Shown here: positions 13,626-27,514 of the stretch, in pieces
How positions within the stretch are numbered: the stretch's first letter is position 1
Layout: each line of letters begins with the position of its first letter
Origin: Callorhinchus milii
Lineage: Eukaryota
DNA length: 64,000 nucleotides
Direction of reading: 5' to 3'
Assembly (NCBI RefSeq): GCF_018977255.1
Contig: NW_024704743.1
Coordinates: 8,496,001-8,560,000 of the forward strand
The notes under the pieces: generated by a model
Seen by the model: only the letters and a program-made list of their open reading frames with translations
Told to the model about the DNA's origin: nothing
Databases searched by the model: none
Position numbers and translations under genes: made by a program

Positions 13626-14023
13626 GTCAGCCTGGATCAGTGGATAGCACTCACATCCAAGTCAGAAAATTGAGAGTTTAAACCCTACGTAGGGACTATG
13701 AACGCAGTCCAGGCTGGCACTCCAAAGCAATGCTGGGGTATTCTGCATTATTAGAGGTGCCATCCTACAGACAAGACAAGAAAATGAGGCCCATCTGCCT
13801 TTTCAGATGAATATTAAAGATCCCCAGCCACATTTCAGAAAAAGTCCTCCCAGTGTTCTGGCCAACACTCCAGTAGATAACATTGTTCGTTCACTTCTTG
13901 GTTGTTTATGGGACATTGCTGTGCACAAATTGGCTGCAAAAACACTCACACTATACAGTAAATCCTGTAAAGCACTTTGAGACGATGACATGATAAGAAG
14001 CTACATCAAATCCAAGGATTATA
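13626..14023 (+). mobile_element. DeuSINE (SacSINE1-like) SINE, full length, old
   Basis: TGTCAGCC head, Deu-like central part (GAGGTGCCATC..AAAGATCCC..GGCCAACA) and L2-type tail. Family assignment from recalled consensus. Confidence 0.75.
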
Positions 14024-17000
14024 ATCTTACTTTTTAAGAACCTTACACATATTGCACTGCCTGCAAATAGGTATGCAGTTAAAAAATGTCAGTCTGGATG
14101 TTTAAAACAGACATCCAAGGTGAAACAAGCTTGATGGATCCAGTGACCCCCCCCTCTATTTCTATTCCTTAAGTTCATATGGCAGTAAATTTGATGGCAG
14201 CTTTATTTGATATTATTGTGCATCCTCTGTTATTTTGCTGAGTGTTCCAAAGATAATGTTGAAATAAATCAGGCAGCTCTAATGTGGACAGCTGCAGCAC
14301 TGACCAGTACCTCTGAAGCACTACTTTCACAGCAACAATAGCAGTTGCTTCTGTAGACAGCTTCCCCCACCCAAAAAAAAACTGGCATTCAAAAGCAGTC
14401 ACGCTCATTCTGTGCAGGCAGAAGTTTCACTTCTGCTCGCCTGTAAAGCACCATCTCCAATGGTTGAGGAATGTAGCAGCCTCCACATATTGGCCCACAT
14501 GTTGTGGAATCATCCATCATATAAAGTGGGAAACTTCCACAGCTCTGCAAGCTGAAGTTAGAAATACAATATTGCTCGTATAATAAACTCATGATAAGTG
14601 AAAATAGACAGCTGGGGCAGAATCTGCAATAGGGAATTGTTTACAAAAGTGAATATTTTGCTTTAAGGTTATAGTTAGCAACAAGCCACATGCTTTGGAT
14701 GGCACATTTTTAAATTCATGTTTGATTTTCATATGGCACAAAAACTGTCTATTCAGTCAATTTAGTCCATGCTGGTGTTTGTTCTCCACACAAGCCCCAT
14801 CCTTCTTATTCTCCTTTCTTAAACAACTTTGATTTACATAGCACCCTTCATGTAGGGTAACATCTCAGAGCATGTCACAGGGACAAGTTTGAATACCAAG
14901 CAAGGTAGTGGTAGATGGCCATAGATACGTACACCCCTTTATTCCTTTCTCCCCCATGAATGTATCACGTTCCATTAAATACATTGCTGTCTCTTGCTTC
15001 AACCACAGCTTCCAGCACAGAATGCGAGTTTCACATTACCACTATGTGAAGAAGTTCCTCCAAAACTCCCCATTAGACCTATAAGAGTGGAAGTAACAAA
15101 GAACAATGGCAGCAATTTGATTTGATTGTTCATAGAGCATCAAAGCAACAGTTTAGAACAGATTTTGAAAAGATCGATCAAGTACCAGCAGCTTTTTTTT
15201 TTGAAGGTGCTTCATTAAAGCACTGATCCATTTACAATGTGAATGAGCACACGTAGTGAAACCAGCGATTGTGGCTTATTATAAAACAGGCTGTGATTTT
15301 ATGATTTCATGACGATGAGGCTCCACTATATTAAGTTTGTAGTGGATCAACAAATGCAACAATTATTCCATATTTATCAAATGGATAATGGGCATAATAT
15401 TCCTTGGTAAGGAATCCTCAATAACCTGATTTGATTATGGGATTAGTTATGCATCAGAACCAAGGGTCGAAAGACTATGCAGTTCCTGTTCACGAGCAGG
15501 CTCCTTGATAAGAGATTCTTAAATGTTGTCCAAACAAAGATATAGCTATAATGTGCCCAGTACCCTGACTTCACTGATATTTATGGCCCATCATCTTTCC
15601 ACCTAAAGGCACCCATACATAGGCACGGCCCATAGTAAATTATGTATAATGCATAAGAATACTTACATTTGGCACTGTGGCTGTTTCAAAGCTCGTCACA
15701 GGATCAACTGTGAAGTGGAGTGAATGTATAAAGCTGAAGTTGGCAACCAATTTGTACACTTCAATGTCCCACAAGTAGCCAAGAAGTGAATGATCAATTT
15801 TATCTGGAGGATTGTTGGCCAGCACACCAGGAGAAACTCGCTTCTCTTTTCAAATTTTATATTTGTATAGCGTTTTCACTTTGGGAGCACGTCCCAAGAG
15901 GCTGTATTGTCATAGGATCTATCATAACATCCACCCGAACAGGCAGTTTAATGTATCATCCTACAATGCTGTACAAAACGTGACACTAAAGCAGAAGTTA
16001 ATTTCTAACAATGTGAAGCAAGATTATTGCTTACATACATAAAAGTCCTCGATAATGCACAAGCACAAACAGAGCCATTGACGCCAGCCTTTCAGTGTTT
16101 AAATTTATGCTCTTTCAGCAGATGGAATATTTGCCATCATTAAGCATGCATCTTTTCTGTTGCATTCAATTTTTTTCCTCCGCACAACAGCGACGCATCA
16201 CTAGTTCATGGGTGCTGGACAATTCCTAGTCACCTTGAAACAATTGTCATTATTCATGAATGGATGTGCATTAGCTGATCAATGCTTCATTAAAAGAATC
16301 ACAAACAGAATACAATCAGGAGCAGGAGACTCAGTCAATTCTCTCCAACCCAGAGATTCAAACCAATTGTAATTGCTCTGCTTGTGCCCCAGTTATATAA
16401 TCTGAACCTAGAACCTGCTGATAATCCAATTTGGTTTCACTCTGAAAAGCGCCTTTGCCAAATTAGAGTCATCAGGAAAGCTGTGAACCTTGTTTAATTA
16501 TTTATATCAGTAAACATATTTGTCCAACACTGCCATACTTCTCTTTAAGTGTTTGATTGCCTGCCACCTTTTCGCACACTGTTTTATGGGATTCTTGCAT
16601 TGCATAACTGGGCTAGTTTTTAGATCTGTAATTTTAAATTTAAACTGACTGCTCAAATTTCCCTTTGACAATCGCACTTCACCATCATCAACAATCCATC
16701 ATCCATGAATAGACACCTTTATAACCAGCCTAGTTACCAATACTGCAGCAAAGAATAGCAATATAAAAATGAGATGTGCAGCTGAAAGCACATCTTTAAG
16801 AAATAATTAAAAAGCTTTATTGCTACTCTGAGCAATAGTGATACAGCAATTTAGATGAATAATGTTAGGTTCAGAAAAGGCAGGCAATTCATTACAATAT
16901 TAAAGGCAGAGCACTACCACACAGTATTAAGGTTTTTGAAGAATCATCAGTTTTGTAATTGATCTCAGGAACACAACTCAATTATTTAATGTCAATGCCT

Positions 17001-18765
17001 CATTTATTTTCTCTGCAAAAAAACCCCAATATAGCCCACACAGAATTGGAGGGTGCAGGATACCATCCCACGGCCCAACATTCAATGATCTCCTAATCTT
17101 AATCGGCAGACAAAACTTCCAACTTTCAACTCATTGTTACAAAATGATCAAAAGCATCTTCAAAACTTTAGAAAAAAATAACCTTCAACAAAAAAGCAAT
17201 GTTCAATAAGCATCCTGAACTTTTTTCTAAATAGAGCCTGCAAGAGCTCATCAGGCAACGTAATGCAAGTCAAGCAAACTTTTTAATAGAGCATCATCTG
17301 CTCGCTCGCTGTATTTGAACTTACTGCTATTAAACTGTCATTAACGCAAGTGAACATCAGGCACTGTTAATGAAGCATTTAATTGCCAATTGACTTTAAC
17401 TACTTCAAGCAAGGGCTGCAGCAGTGTAGAACGCAATGCCCCTGAAAGCCATAATGCGGAATCAAAAGTATTTATCAAGGAGACTAATATGGGGGGGGGG
17501 GGCGGTAAGAGAGAAAAAAAGCAAAGAAGAGTACAAGTGATATATAGAAAGGGAAGGAAATGGTATTAAAAAGGTAAAGTGCTGCTGTGAACTAACATTG
17601 GCAAGAAGTCATACAGGACCACATAGCCTGTAATAGGATTGTAATCTCATATATGCTTGGCTGACACTCCCAATACTGTGCCGGGGTTTGCCGTCCATCA
17701 GATGTTAAACCAAGGTCCCACCTGCCTGTTCCGGTGGATGTTAAAGATTCCAAGCCCTTTTTCGAAGAGAGGGCAGATTCTCCTGGTGTCACGAACCACA
17801 ATCCCAAATAAAATTGGTCATTAACTCTGGCTGCTTGTAGGACATTGCTGTGCATGGACTGCTGCTGTGCTTGCCTACAAAATACAATTACTACACTTAT
17901 TTCCCAGTTACAGTGAAACTCAGAAACTACATATAATAATCTTGCAATACAACATCTCATCATGTTGGGAGAACAGCTCAAAATGCCTACCAAGCCACGC
18001 TGTAAAGTATAGTGACTGTGGGCAATGCAACTGCTAATTTGCACACAATTTTTTTTCCTTAAACTTGAAATAAATGACCAGTTCTATTCAGGGGATGTTG
18101 GCTAGAACAAGGGGAGAAAAAGCATGTTTCAAATATCACCCTGGAATTTGTAATGTCCATCTGAACAGGACTTTCAGTTTAACGTCTCACCCAAAGGACA
18201 GGCATCAATCTTCTTGCTGAACCCCTTGATTGATTCTGCATTGTAGCCTTCAAGGGTATAAATAACAAAAGTGTATCATCTATTTAAATGACAGTCTGGT
18301 GTTAAACTCGGCTATAATAATCTGTTAACCACCCCGTCCCCTCTTAATAAATCTTTTTAAACTTTGGATTTTTTAAGATTTCCAAATAAAGTATGCATCT
18401 GACAAAGAGCACCACTAACACATCTTTAAAATTACTGATCTGGTGCACATGACCAGTTTGTTAATCCAAGAGTTTTCAATATTCTCCCGAAAAATGCAAA
18501 AAATACAAACAGTTCAGAAAGAGCTATACCTTTTATATTATGCAGTAGATTATTCATTCATCTACAAAAGCTGAAAGAAGGGAACCAAAACGGATAAAAA
18601 TAACTAGGGCTAACTACATCAGAGAACAGTGTTGCAACAGGCACATGTGGATGTTGTGCTCAGTCAGGACCTGCTTTGCTATGATTTCCTTTCATGGTCA
18701 ACTAGCCTGCCAACATATGCTACCGAGTCTCACAGATAATTAATACCTTGCAAGAGGTACTAGAA

Positions 18766-18910
18766 CAGTGGTGGCCAAGCCGTGGTGCCCCAAACATTCG
18801 CACTAGTCTAGGTAAGTCTGTTTTCAATCAATAGTGTGTTCCCAGTTCTTTGATTAAACATTTCTTGATTCATGCTATAAATCAAGAAAATTTATTGTTG
18901 GCCACCACTG
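18766..18910. mobile_element. Small hAT-type MITE (145 bp)
   Basis: Perfect 13-bp TIR CAGTGGTGGCCAA / TTGGCCACCACTG; approximate 8-bp TSD TACTAGAA / TACTGAAG. Confidence 0.75.
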
Positions 18911-19466
18911 TACTGAAGGGAACTGTGGGGCTATTAAAATCATATATCTCTCCTCTCCCCCCATTTTCTGTTTTGAGAGAGAATGCATGAACCCATACCT
19001 TGGCATAAGCTGTCATGAGATGATAGAGAAAATAGGAAGAGGCATCTCAGCGTTTAGTCCATGTATAACTGGAAACCAACTTCAGAGACCATTCGAATTA
19101 CAATGTTATATTTTACAATTACAATGATACTAATTAAAAATAAGTTGAGGTTTAATTATACAGCCAAGTATAGTTTAACTTTCTGAATATTGAACCTTGA
19201 GCTTATAATCTTTTACTTTTCAAAATCACCGATATCATCCTCCTAGTCTAGAGTCTGCAGATTAACCAAATTATCCAACACAATTTTGATGAGATCAACA
19301 ACCTTTATATATTCACTTTCAAGCAGGGTAGAGCATCAGATAGTGCTCAAATATATCAGCCAAATTTACAAGTCCTGTAAAATACTAAGAAACTACTGAA
19401 CAGAATCTTAAACTTGGGACACTTCATGAAATGCAGTAATACTCAATGAAACAATCTCTGTAATTA

Positions 19467-19858
19467 CAGGAGAACCCCTTTACAAAGTGATCGCCTGGGT
19501 CCAATATTTCAGGCCCTGCATTATAAAGAGACATGATAAAATAGCCAATTTATGAGTTACAACTGTCACAATTTTCTATGCGTTGCAAACATGCTATTGC
19601 AAGTGCTGCAAACTACTTCCCTCACAAAGAAACAGTGGCACATAATCGCTTGTGTACACTATGCTTGTTGCTTCCTGCACATAGTTGGCAGACACAGTAA
19701 GCAACTTGTCAACTTAGATGTCGGCCATCATTTTATGAATGATAGGATACGAATGGCACAGTATCATTTTTCAGATAAGAAAATGTTAGGGTCACAGCCC
19801 ATTTATGTTATAAACAAGCCTGCATAACAGCAAGGCACATCATAACAGAGTTGTTCCG
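19467..19858. mobile_element. Tigger/pogo-like MITE, old
   Basis: TA flanks; degenerate TIRs CAGGAGAACCCCTTTACAA / TCATAACAGAGTTGTTCCG. Confidence 0.45.
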
Positions 19859-20544
19859 TACCATTATTTTCAATGGTTCTAGCCATTGCAAAATGCAAAA
19901 CAGTTTACTTTCTCTTCTGGAAAAAATTAAGAGTGTTCAATGAAAGCCTTCCCCTTTGTAATTGGGCAGCTTCATTTAAACAAAAGTAATAATAATTTGG
20001 TCACTCAATCCACGATGCTTTGTGGGACACTGCTGCCGCGTTTCACCCACAAAATATAGTCACTACAGTATATTGTGTGAAGCGATTTGAGATGTGTCGA
20101 AGACGTGATAAGGCACTATCTCAAATGCAACTATTATAAATTAACAAGATAGAACTAGAAACATACCTACAATGTAGATGTGTGATTAACCCCCTTACTG
20201 GATAATTTCAAAGCTACATTATATGATTTGGTTGAACTATAGACTATAAACTGTAGATAGTAATTTTGAACTGTACAAAGTGTAGCATTTACCTACCATG
20301 ATACTACACTTGCATTAATGAACCAACCAATAAATCATTATGCTCTGATGTTTGGCTCAGTTGGTAGCACTGTCACCTCTGAGTCAGAAACCTGTGAGTT
20401 AGGTGCATGTTAAATATTCTACTGCATTTTTTGAAAAGGGAAGGGAGTTTTTTTCCCAGTATCCCAGATAATGTGGCAAAACAGCTGCTGAGTTTGCCTA
20501 CGAAGCAGTGTTTTTAATAGATTATCACATGAGTGCTAGCCCCT

Positions 20545-20995
20545 CTCCTCCGGATCAGGCCCAGCCTTCCTCAAAACTGCTGTCATCACCCCCTCCTGAA
20601 AAAACCCTCGCTAGATCCCTCTAACCCCACTACCGCCCTATTTCTAACCTGCTCTGCCTCTCAAACGTTCTAGAACGCGTTGTTGCCAACCAATTTCGCG
20701 CACACCTCTCCTCCCACTCCGTCTTCGAACCCCTCCTGTCCGGTTTCCGCCCTGCCCACAGTACAGAGACTGTGTTTGTGAAAGTGACGAACGACATCCT
20801 CTCTATCTGTGACCAGGGCTCCCTCTGCCTCCTTGCCCTCCTGGACACCTTTCTTTGAAGACCTATCTTTTCGACCGCGCCTTTGGTCACCCCCCCCCCC
20901 CCCCCGCACGGGCTCGGTCCCGGGATCTGTTACTGTAAAGCGCTCTGAGACGCCGTCTGGCATGGAGGGCGCTACATAAATTCAATTTGATGTTG
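20545..20995 (+). mobile_element. L2 LINE fragment (RT N-part fused to 3' tail by internal deletion)
   Basis: Encodes YRPISNL..SNVLERVVA..SGFRPAHSTET..KVTNDIL, then jumps to the L2 3' tail (GTAAAGCGCTCTGAGACG...GGCGCTACATAAA). Confidence 0.85.
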
Positions 20996-20999
20996 AGTG

Positions 21000-21420
21000 G
21001 CGGTTGAAATTTAATGAGTTAAATGTGAGGGGATTCAGTTTGGCCAAAAACGAGGGAAGATTTAATGACCGTATCTTGCAGGGAGCAGATGAGCAAAAAT
21101 TTGGGAAATATATGTGCTCAAGTCCTTGGAAGTGGCAGCACAAGTGGAAAGGATTGTGAAAAATGAATGGTATCCTTAGTATTGAACATAGGGACTAGTG
21201 AAGCAATAATGCTTGTACAAATCATTGGTTAGGCCGCAACTGGAGTATTATGTTCAGTTTGGGGCACCTTAACTGAAGAAGGAATTAATGCCTTGGAGGA
21301 GGAGCACAAAAGATTTACGAGAATGATAGCAGCGATTGAGATTTAATGAACAGCTTGTTCTGAGAGTGGGCACAAAATTGATGGGTTTACTTCTGCTCTG
21401 TAAATTTCTATCATTCTATA
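21000..21420 (+). mobile_element. CR1 LINE fragment, degraded
   Basis: GGTTAGGCCGCAACTGGAGTATT (VRPQLEY) and TTTCTATCATTCTA tail. Confidence 0.72.
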
Positions 21421-22834
21421 AACCAACATTCTGGCACATCACCTTACATTTTGTGAAGCACTTGGGAGACTCCAACAACATATCAAATACCAAGATCATT
21501 ATAAAAGCTCTTTAGGGTTTGGGGCCCGTCAGAACACCAATAAATTCAATTTTCATTTTAAATTCTAATAATTCAATAGAAGTAGTATTAGAAGTTGCCA
21601 TTAAACTATTAAATGTTGGATTCCTTATCTCGCAGTTGGGTGCTCTCACCAGCCAACATAAGGTTTTCGATTGAAAGCCTGAATAATCTGCACCATGCAG
21701 GCAACTGAAAAAAAATTGTGATCGGAGATCAGGTTATTCAGGCAGAAAAACTCAACAAGTGACGCACATCGTCAAGATGCCTGAAAACCACTGTGTGCAA
21801 GTCAAATCATTTTCACGTGATATGCTCTCAATTTCTGTCATGTACAAAGACATTCGTCTCCACAAGAAAGACAGGCACAAGCTTCCCATAGCTTCATCCC
21901 AAGATCCAGTGTGAGGTAACTGCCAAGATGATCGTGAAACAGCATGAATAAAAAAATCTAATTTCAGCTGAATCTTTATGAGCAGCTGGCAGTAAATGGT
22001 CTATCAATAGCTATACATTACAATAATAACAATTGGGTTGTATTTGAGTTCTTGAGTCATTACTTGGTTGAGGGAAATGCACACTATCCAACTGAATCTG
22101 AAGTGGTTAGTAGGAGTTTTGAGCAATTGTATTTGGCTGCCCTTAAAGTACCCTAAAGTTCTTGCATTTGATAGCTTCTACAGTCCAGATCAAATGGAGA
22201 GCCAATCCTATGATCTATAGAGAATGTTGAAAATGAAAATAAATGCCAATCAAATATGTCCATACTCAACTGTACTTGCAGGCACCAATGCCAAAACATG
22301 CAGCATGATGAAAAGGCAAAGCAACAGTACAATATTACAGAATTTTCAAGTGGAAAGAGAGTTCCAACATTAAAATTGTACGGGGAAAGTTAATTTAGTT
22401 CTTAAGATTTACAAAAAGGTCAATGATTTGTTGATATCTAGTGGTCAAAAAGCAGGATAATATGAGGGAAAAGGAGAATATAATAATCATCCTTACATTT
22501 GGTATAATACTGGTTACATTGGGAGCACTTCTCAAAGCTCTTCACAGGATACACTGTAAAATGAAGTGACTACTTGTTGTGGGTGAATGTAACAGCCAAA
22601 TGTCCAATTTTATTTTGGGGATATTAGCCAGAACATCGGAAGAAACCCTCCTCTTTTCGAGAAGGAATCGTTAACTTCCCACCTGAACAGGTAAGCAACA
22701 ACAAATTACATTTATACAGTGCATTTCCCATCGGGAGAACATCCCCAAGGCACTGGACAGTCAAGGGTTTGTACCTAAGCTGGTGGTTGGATTTGGGAGG
22801 GTTGGGCCGAGTGAGGTTGAGGATCTTGTGGATC

Positions 22835-23205
22835 CTGCAACATATTGGTTAGATCACTCGCCTCACAAGCGAGAGAACTCGAGTTTGATTACAGGACTAA
22901 ATGTTAGGCAAGTTTCCTTATTCCACACGGTTCTGTTTGTCTAGCAGTTAAGAAGGACCTCAGTTGTTAGTCAATTAGCAGATCGCTTTTCTGGAGATAG
23001 TAATCCCTTAAAAACAAATTTATAAAAAAATAACTAGGTCACTCAATTTACAGTTTGTGGGACACTGCGGTACGCAATTGGCTGCTACATTTCATCCACA
23101 AAAATATAGTCTATTCACTTCATAGTACATTCTGTGAAGCGCTTTGAGACGTCTCAAAGACATGATAAAGATCTTTATCAGATGCAAGGTTTATCAGGAT
23201 TATTC
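22835..23205 (+). mobile_element. tRNA-headed SINE, long variant, degraded
   Basis: Recognisable head remnant, internal segment and tail. Confidence 0.75.
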
Positions 23206-24227
23206 TTATTGAACTCAATACCCTGGGGGAAGGGGAGCCAGTGGAACTGCGCTAGGATGGGGGTAACAGCCGATGGAACCTGTATAACACCTCGTCCGAA
23301 GAACTGCGTCTCCAACAATGGCGTGTCAACTTAAGACACTGTCACCAAGTCCTGACTTGGTGCTTGAAGTTAAAAGGGGAAGGTTCTGCCAATTGAGCCA
23401 GACAGGCGACAACAATAATATTAGTTGTAAAGCGCCTTTCATGTCAGAAGGACAACCCAAGGCGCTGGACAGTCTGTGTTTTGGACCTGAGTTCAGGGTT
23501 GGAATCGGGGAGTTGGAGGGCAGGTGGGGAGAGCAGGGTGATCGAAAGCACAGTCTTGTGATAGATCCTGAAGGAGGCAAGGGAGGAGGTGAGGCAGAGG
23601 GACTGTGGGATGGAGTTTCAGAGGGTGGAGGCAGAATGCTCGCCCGCCAATGGTGGGGCGAGCGAGGCAGGGGACATGAAGCAGGTGTGAGTCCGCTGAG
23701 CAGAGGGAGCAGGCAGGATGGTAGGTGGGTTTAGGAGGTCGCAAAGGTAGGGGAGAGCAAGGCCTTGGAGGGCTTTGAAGGTGAGGACCAGGATCTTGAA
23801 CTGCATCCTCTGTGTGATGGGAAACCAGTGGAGTTGGCAGAGGATGGGGGTGATAGGGTCACGGAGCCTGGTGCGGGAGAGGACATAGGTTGCAGAGTTC
23901 TGGATGATCTGCAGCCTATGGAGGGAGGAGTTGGGGAGGCCGATAAGCAAGAAGTTTGCATTGTCAAGCCTGAAAGTTATGAATGCATGTATGAGGGTTT
24001 CGCGGCCTGTGCTGTGAGACAGTGGCTGAGCCAGGGGATATTGCAGAGGTGGGGGAAGGCAGAGCGGGTCATGGCACGGATGTGGGATAGAAAGAACAGT
24101 TAAGGGGCAAACAAGACCTCAAGGTTCTGGACTGGCTTAGTAAGGTGGAGTGTGAAGGAGGGTGGAGGGAGGAGTTGGAGAGACCGACAAGTAAGAAGTT
24201 TGCATAGTCAAGCCTCAATGTTATGAA

Positions 24228-24444
24228 ACAAAAACAGAAGTTGCTGGGGACACTCAGCAGGTCAGGCAGCAACTATGGGTAAAGTGAGTCAACGTTTCAG
24301 ATCCACGACCCTTCGTCAGAACTGGACCCAAAACCCTGACTCACTTTCCTTTCTCCATAGATGCTGCCTGACTTGCTGAGTGTTCCCAGCGACTTCGGTT
24401 CTTGTTTCAGATTTCCAGCACCTGCAGTATTTTGCGTTTTGTTT
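24228..24444. mobile_element. Fold-back (inverted-repeat) non-autonomous retroelement, Penelope pLTR-like, copy 1
   Basis: Arms ~24228-24290 and ~24337-24408 are inverse complements. 14-bp TSD CTCAATGTTATGAA (24214-24227) / CTCGATGTTATGAA (24445-24458). Confidence 0.8.
24287..24323 (-). ncRNA. Minimal type I hammerhead ribozyme-like motif
   Basis: Minus strand AGUU CUGACGA A GGGUC GUG GAUCU GAAA CG UU GACU. It has the CUGANGA and GAAA core, a 5-bp stem II, a palindromic stem III (ACGU), a 4-bp stem I and a GUU cleavage triplet. Confidence 0.6.
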
Positions 24445-26814
24445 CTCGATGTTATGAATGTGCGTATGAGGGTTTCGGCAGCCTGCGGTGTGAGACAGTG
24501 GTGGAGCAGGGCGATGTTGCGGAGCTGGGGCAACGCCGAGCGGGTATTGGCATGGATGTGGGGACTGATGCAATTGATTGAGTGAGGGGTAACAAAATTC
24601 AAATTGTGCCGATCCATCTCTTTCCTTCACTCAAACTCTACCAATCTAGCTGCTCCCTTAAGAACACAACATAAGAAATTCTAGACGAAAAAAAGACCAA
24701 GGTCCATCTAGTTTGCCTTCCACCTTCCTATTTTAGGAAATAACCCTTCACTTAACAGGCATACTGGCTTTTAGCCTATCTGCCCCACTCTCTGGGATTC
24801 CATCTGGGGGTCCCTCAAACTCGCTGCCTCCCTCACCTCTCTCAAGTTCCATCTCAAAACCCACTTCTTTAACTGCACTCTCAGCCATCCCCTCCCCACC
24901 TTTACCTCGGGTGCCAAACCAGTATCGTTAAGCACCTTGGGACGTCCTACAGACACCAAAGGCACTATCTAAAAAAAAACGTAAATTTGTATTGTAAAAT
25001 GATCAAGGGGCAGAAAAAAATCTTTGCAAAAAATTTACATGATTGCCAACATATATTTCAAACTGTATTTCTTCAAAGTTTCACTAAAACAGAATTAAAA
25101 AATCCCAGTTCCTACAAAGTAAGCAGGATTCTTAATGTATTCAGCATTCAGCATCTACAAAGCAAGTAAACCAGATCGCCCACATCTCAAAACAAGTAAA
25201 TATCAAAGGCATCGTCCATACATCTCTAGTCAGCAAATAGCAAGGGCATCTAAAAATAACCAATCACATGCTCAAACACATTATTCCTGCATTTCTACCC
25301 TCTAATCTCAACTGCCACTATTACTCTCAGTAGGAAAAGCAATACATCCTAAATGTGTACTTCAAGGCCTCAAAAGGCCTGAGATGGTATCCAGAGGACC
25401 AATAATTGCTGTATTCATTAACGGAAGCTATAAGCTTCACAACAATAAATTATTTTCATTATATTACAAGCATTTCATTTGGCAAGAGTGGGGGAAGAGA
25501 GAAGAGAGGGGGAAAAAAAAAGAAAGATGGCTTCTTACACCACCACCATTATGTTCAACTATTTTCACTATTTCAGTTTAGTCACAGAACTTTTGAGTAT
25601 ACCAGATCTTTTTTGCCTACGACAAAAATAACCTAACCACAATAATTAGATCACAGGTTGAAGCAAGTTGTATTGAACTCTCATCCCTCTCAAGCAGGAA
25701 TGTACAAGTCAGAAGAGAATAATCAAACACACATGAAAGGTCCCAGAAAGTACTTGGGGAATTTCTGGAAAATGAGAAGAACAGATTGGCTAACAAGTCC
25801 TAAATTACAAAGAATATACCCAAAAAGGGACACACACCAGAGGCAGCAAAGTGCAGACAATGAGCATTACCAAGACTAATAGAATGGAAATTCACACTTA
25901 CACAATAGAGGCATACAAAAAACACAGACAACACTGCCACAGAATCCTTAATAAGTGAACTGCATCAGTGGAAAGCAATTTCTTAATAGATAATCTATTT
26001 CGGTTTCACAAAGACTGTTCGACAGTCCGATCTATGGGATAAAAATAATAATCCTTACATTTGGTGTAGTGCATTTCAAGTCAGAAGTTTGTCCGAAGGC
26101 ATTCCATGGGATATAATTTAAATAGTGACTGCGTGTTTTGTGGATATACTAGAATTATTTGTACATTCACACTGAAAAGTACGGTATACTTCCAGTGCAC
26201 AAGTAACTCGGCAACTGCTGGTAAAATCTGTGAAAAAAGTTACTAGCTTCCTGTGGTCACAATATAGCAGTGACCATTATAACAGGGACCCAATTTATTG
26301 AGCCAAACCACCACATTGTAACAGGATCCAACTGTATTTTTGCAAAAGTAAAATTTGCTGGGTGCAAATTGGCTGGTGCATTCATTTACGAAATACACTT
26401 TACAGTAAAATTGCATGAAAAGCTTTTACAGATGTCTGCCCGATGTGAAAAGCACAATATCAAATGCAAAATTTATTATTAAGCCTCCTCACCAATGAAC
26501 TTTAGGAAAAGATACACTTGTAACTTCTAATTCACTACTTCCAATATCACCTTTCAAAGTAGTTAAAAATGTTTCTTCAGACAAGTATCTTTAAATCTGC
26601 CAATAATCTTACACAAATGAGAGCAACAAAACAGCAATAAGCAGCAAACCACTACAAAAACATCATCAATTTTGGGTAATTTGGGAGTGCTGAAAAGAAA
26701 TGAACACGTTTTATGTTGGGTTGTTAATATAAAGTGAAAAAACTACAAACATTTTGAAAAGATTTGACTAAATCAGATTTTTCATAATATTACTAACTGC
26801 TAACATTTCAAATG

Positions 26815-27072
26815 ACACCTGGGTTCAATTCCATGCAGGGCAAAATCTTGGGCAAGTTTCCTTACTCCACACACCTAATAACAATCCCTCCAAAACAAAA
26901 CAATAATAAATTGGGCATTTTCAATCCACAACTGTTTGTGGGACACTGCTGTGTGCAATATTCGCCCACAAATATACAGTCAATTCACTTGACAGTCTAT
27001 TCTGTGAAGCATTTTGAGACGTCAAGAAGACGTGAAAAGCGCTATATCAAATGCAAGGATTATTATTATATT
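26815..27072 (+). mobile_element. tRNA-headed SINE, 5'-truncated
   Basis: Matches the 9269-9577 copy from the B box onward. Confidence 0.85.
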
Positions 27073-27202
27073 ATGACAACAGACAAGATAAATTTAGAAA
27101 TCTGCTACTCAAGGCTTGCTGTTCCTGCACAAGATGAGGCGATCTCTAACCAATGTGGTTTTATTTCACCCACAAAATACAGTCACCACATTTTATAGTG
27201 TA

Positions 27203-27514
27203 GGAGTCCTGTAGCTAGTTGTTAAGAGTACTCGCCTCACAAGTGAGATACCTGGGTTTGATTCCTGGCAGGGCAAAACCTTGGCTACGTTTCACATGCT
27301 CCACATGCCTGATAAACCATCAAGAAAAAATAAATAATAAAATTAATCACTTCAATCCACAACTGCTTGTTGGACACTGCTGTGCGCAATTGGCTGCCTC
27401 GTTTTGCCCACAAATGTACAGTCAATTCACTTTACAGTATATTCTGTGAAGTGCTTTGAGATGTCTAGAAGAAGTGAAAAGCGCTATATTCAAATGCAAG
27501 GATTATTATTATTA
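27203..27514 (+). mobile_element. tRNA-headed SINE, short variant
   Basis: Head GGAGTCCTGTAGCT.. through tail GCAAGGATTATTATTATT. Confidence 0.88.

Larger units (their letters stand above)
23405..24590 (-). mobile_element. Degraded L2 LINE 3' region (partly duplicated), interrupted by a fold-back element
   Basis: Minus-strand LQIIQNSAT..ITPIL..LHWFP..FKILVL and RLDY motifs; L2 tail near 23410-23470. Confidence 0.88.

Noticed and set aside
14389..14592. Possible cassette exon (CTAAC..CAG acceptor on the minus strand)
   Set aside because: No convincing GT donor and no recognisable peptide.
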